A stretch of DNA of 64,000 bases from Rhizaria sp. SCN 62-66 (lineage: Eukaryota). The stretch spans positions 1 through 64,000 of the forward strand of contig MEDY01000095.1 in NCBI GenBank assembly GCA_001724265.1, read 5' to 3'. Position numbers and translations under genes: made by a program. The notes beneath the pieces are model-generated. The model did no database searches. It was not told the DNA's origin and saw nothing but the letters and a program-made list of their open reading frames with translations. Position 1 is the first letter of the stretch, and every line of letters begins with the position of its first letter. This document shows, piece by piece, positions 60,301 to 64,000 of this stretch.

Positions 60301-63300
60301 CCGCGGCGGCGTTGGCGGCTGAGGGCAAGAACGGCGAGCTGATCAGCGACACGCGCGGCCGCTTGGTACCGCCCGCAGCGCCCGCGCCCGTGGCCGGCGT
60401 CGCGCCCCCAGCTGTCGCGGTGTTGCTGACGGGGAGGCGCAGTCCGGCGGGCACCGAGTACGCCGAGGCGACGGGCGACGCCACGGAGGCGGCGGCCCAG
60501 TCGGCCGTGAGCGCGGGCGACTGAGCGTACACGAGTCCGGCCACGGAGGCGGCGTGCGTCGACCGCCGGTGCCCGTGCGCGTGGGCGTGGTGCCCATGGT
60601 CGTCACCGTGCGAGTACGCATGATGCGAGTGCGCGTCTGACCCGGGCCCCGGCGCGGGCCCCGGGGCGAGGCGCGGCAGCGGTAGCGAGGTGAGCGCGCG
60701 GGGGAGCGCCACACTGCCGCTGACGCTGCGGCCGTCGCCGCCGCCCTCGGAGCCCGGCGACTGCTGCAGGTGCGGGTGCTGCGGCGGCGAGTGCTGGAGC
60801 GCGCCGTCGACGGACCGCAGCAGGTTCAGCGCCGAGAGCGCAGATAGTGCCGACAGGGACACCGTCGAGTTCGCAGCCGCAGCTGCAGTCGCGACATCAT
60901 TAACGGCGGCGGCGGGTGAGGTCCCGCGGACGCCCGTCGAGGGGTCGCGAACACCAGCGCCGCCCGTGGTGGCGGTGCCTGTGGCAGAGCGAGAGGACAC
61001 GGAGCCCGCGGGGCGGCGGCGGCGGCGGCGCGTCGACGCTGCGCCGTCCGTATCCCCCACCCCCGCACTATGGCCGTCTCCCGTGGTGATGATGACGACG
61101 GACTCTCCGGCCGCGGCGGCGTCGGCGGGGACGGAGCTGGACACGGAGAGCTTGCCGCTGCTGGAGCCCGAACCGCTGGTGTTTGTACTGCTGGCCGCGG
61201 TGGCGCCGCTGCGCACCGAGCGCCGCGACGCGCGCCGCAGCTGCCGGGCCTGAGACGCGTTGGACCCCACCGTCACGGACCCATGCGTACCAGCGGCGCC
61301 GGCGCCAATGGCGGCGGCGATGGCGCTGGTTGAGGCCGTGGACGAGGACCGCTGGCGGCGCGGCACCGGCGGCAACGCGCCGTGCCCCGCCCCGTGCCCG
61401 TGCGCGAACACGATGCCGGGGGGCAGCGTCACGCCCAGGGGCAGAGTGACTCCCGGTGGCAGCGTGACGCCGGGGGGCAGAGTGACGCCGGGCGGCAGCG
61501 CAGTGATGAGCGGCGAGATGACCCCGGTGGGCGGCAGCGCGCCCGAGGCCGGCAGCGGCGCGCCGGGCGGCAGCGGGAGTCCGGGCGGCGCGGCCGAGGG
61601 CAGCGGCATCGCGAACCCAGGCGAGTGCGCACCGAACGTCACCTGTCCGGGCGCGGCTGCGGCCAGCGCGCTGCGGTTGCGCGAGCGCGACTGCGAATGC
61701 GGACGCACGCGCGAGCCGCGCCGCGGGCGTCTGCCGGGCGTGCCGCCTCTGACGGCGCCAGCAGCAGCGCCGGCGGCCTCGCCCGACGCGGACCGTCGCC
61801 GGGACCCGCTGGCGCTGGCTGACCCAGCGGTGCTCGTGCGGACAGGACCAGCGCCAGCAGCAGTGCCAAGAACACCAGCGCCAGCGCCAGGACCACGGTT
61901 GGCGCTCGAGGCGGAGCCGGTGGCGGAGGGGAAGCGGGGACCGGCGTCGGGGAACGGCAGACAATACGGCTGCAGCGCGGACATGCCGGCTGGAGACAGG
62001 TCGGGGATGGCGCTGCCGGCGGTGGGATTGCGGCCGGCGCCGGTCAGACCCACCACGTTGCTATCGACCGGGTCTGCGACGGGCGAGGTGACGACCGCTG
62101 GGCCCGCGCCGTCGACGTAGTGCTCGCGGCTGCGGGGGCGGCCGCGGGGACTCGCACCGGCGGCCTCAGGCCCCGTCACAGTTGGCATCACGCCGGCGCC
62201 AGCAGCAGCAGCGGCGGCGGCGTTGGCGCGCTGATGCTGGCGCTCGCGCTTGCGGTGGTACGCGGCCGACGTGATATCGTTGTCGCCGTCCTCGTCGTCC
62301 TCGTCGTCGTCGTCGTCGTCGCTGTCGTTGCGGTTCGCGTACCGACGCAGGTGCTCGAGACTGGCGTCATCATCATCATCATCATCATCATCGTCGTCAT
62401 CATCGTCGTCGTCGTCGTCGCTGGACGTGGCGCGGCCGCCGCGGGCCGCCTCACGCGCGGCGACGGCGGCGGCTGCGGCGGCGACGGCCTGCGCCGAAAG
62501 CGCCGCCGTGGTGGCGGCCGCGAGCGGGACACCGCCCACGGTCACGCCGCTGCTGCCCGCACCGCCGACGCCCGCCAACGAGCCGCGCATCGAGGGCCGC
62601 TTCGCCGCCAGGATCGAGGTGCCCGTGCCGAGGCCGGCCGCGGCGGAGGTCGCGCCGCCCGCCGCAGAGGCGCCAACGCCGCCGGGGCCGCCGGCTCCGC
62701 TGCTGCCGGCGCTGCTGCTGGCGGGCAGGGCTACGGTGAGGTTGATGGCGTGGACCGCGAAGGGCGAGTCGCCGACCGCGGCCGGCAGCAGCACCTGGCG
62801 GCGCGGAGCCGGCGGGTCGGGGCTGCGCGCCGCAGGCCCCGCCGCGACCACAGCTGGCGCAACCGTTGCAGTCGCGATAGCGGCAGTCGCCGTGGCTGCA
62901 GTGTGGTCAGCGCCCGCGCCCGCAACAGGGGCCGCGGGTGACAGGGAGGTCGAGCTCGAGCGCGGCGCGGCGGCACGGTCCATGGCCACCGCGCTGTCGC
63001 GGCCGTGATGGTAGGCCGCGGCTGACAGCGGCGGCGGCGACATGAGGCCGCTGCCGAGGCTCGAGACCGAGTGCGAGGCCGACAGCCCCAGAGCGTGGCC
63101 GCCGACGCCGACGCTGCCGACGCCGAGGCTGTGGGAGCCGGGGCCTGACATGAGCGCGGCGGCGGCGCTTGCGGGGCCGACGGCGTCGCCGGTGGGCGTG
63201 GTGTCGCCCGTGACGGCCGACACACTGGCGCTGCCCACTTTGCCAGTTAGACTGGGCGGTCCGTTGCTGCCGCCCGTGGTGGCGGCCAGCCCGAGCCCGA

Positions 63301-64000
63301 GCCCGAGACCCAGGCCCAGCGAGCCGGCGGAGGGGCCAGAGACGCCAGCGGCGTTTGTCGCCGCACCGGGCGACACGGGGGACGGCGAGGCCGGGAAGGG
63401 GCCCGTGAGCCCCAGCGACAGCGGCATCGCGCAGCTCCCATGCGCGCCATTGGCGGCCGCGGCCGCGGCGGAGGCGGAGCTGCGCCCGGGGGTGCCTGGC
63501 TGCGTGTGGCCGGGCGAGGCCGCGGCGGCGCTGACGCTGCCGGCCTTGCTGACGCGCGTGCGCAGCGACGAGAAGAGCGCGGGGCGGTCGACGACGCAAG
63601 TCGCCAGCGACGGCGAGGCCGGGTTGGACACGGCGAGGTTCGGCGGCGGCAGGTCCGGCACCTGCAGCAGCGAGACCGGCAGTGGGGACACGCCGCGGTG
63701 GCCCGAGGAGATCAGACCCAGCGCGGACGAGGACGAGACTGAGGAGGAAGACCCCATGCGGCCCACAGACGGTCGGGAGCCCGCCGTGCTCGCGGCGACA
63801 CCTACGCCAGCGCCAGTGGTGGTGGGCGCGGCGGCGGCGTTCGCGGTGGAGCCGCCGAGCGCACTGCTGCTGCTACCGCTGCTGGCGCTGCTATGGGGCT
63901 GTGAACCGCCGGGCGTGGGCAGCGGCGATGGCTGGCCGTGGCCGGGGCTCTGGAGGCCCGGCTGAGTCTGCGCCTGCGCCTGCGCCTGAGTGGCGGAGCC
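55772..64000 (-). CDS. Very large (>2740 aa) Ala/Gly/Ser/His-rich hypothetical protein, 5'-partial, single exon in window
   Basis: The frame of ORF 55772..63766 stays open to the window edge at 64000. Ends in TAA. Poly-Asp tracts, LPPGVT repeats, HG repeats; no domain recognised. Confidence 0.75.
61410..61498 (-). repeat. 18-bp coding tandem repeat encoding (LPPGVT) x5
   Basis: Translation LPPGVTLPPGVTLPPGVTLPLGVTLPPGIV, with synonymous differences between units. Confidence 0.85.
62285..62420. repeat. (GAC/GAT)n tracts encoding two poly-Asp runs
   Basis: tcg/tca trinucleotide runs on the + strand. Confidence 0.85.

Noticed and set aside
1-64000. Numerous long antisense and alternate-frame ORFs (e.g. 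644..1777-, 57713..59293+, poly-V/T/L ORFs at 21066-22159)
   Set aside because: Shadow ORFs expected from GC-rich, trinucleotide-repeat coding DNA; no independent motifs.
1-64000. CRISPR arrays, transposons, prokaryotic operons
   Set aside because: No repeat-spacer arrays, transposase or RT motifs, or terminal repeats; the gene structure is spliceosomal eukaryotic.

Overview
Gene-dense eukaryotic (protist-like, probably flagellated) nuclear DNA. Exons are GC-rich and low-complexity, and the 25 short AT-rich GT-AG introns mostly use the donor GTACGT. I reconstruct 11 spliced genes: threonine aldolase, a METTL18/Hpm1-type histidine methyltransferase, a ubiquitin-like + TPR protein, an anoctamin/TMEM16, a 73-aa RSP11/ropporin-like RIIa protein, an M16A insulinase-type protease, a protein with about 10 WH2-like repeats, and four large low-complexity proteins. 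Main finding: UAG appears to be a sense codon. Six in-frame TAGs interrupt otherwise intact frames in four genes (two inside poly-Gln tracts). None of the reconstructed exons needs an in-frame TAA or TGA, and all 11 genes end in TAA (5) or TGA (6). This points to a variant nuclear code (UAG=Gln favoured, Leu not excluded) with UAA still a stop. Other findings: an anoctamin lacking the acidic Ca2+-binding residues, and a dispersed GTGACCGTG(G/A)G DNA motif found in several reading registers and in intergenic DNA. All gene models were built by hand and have no transcript support.
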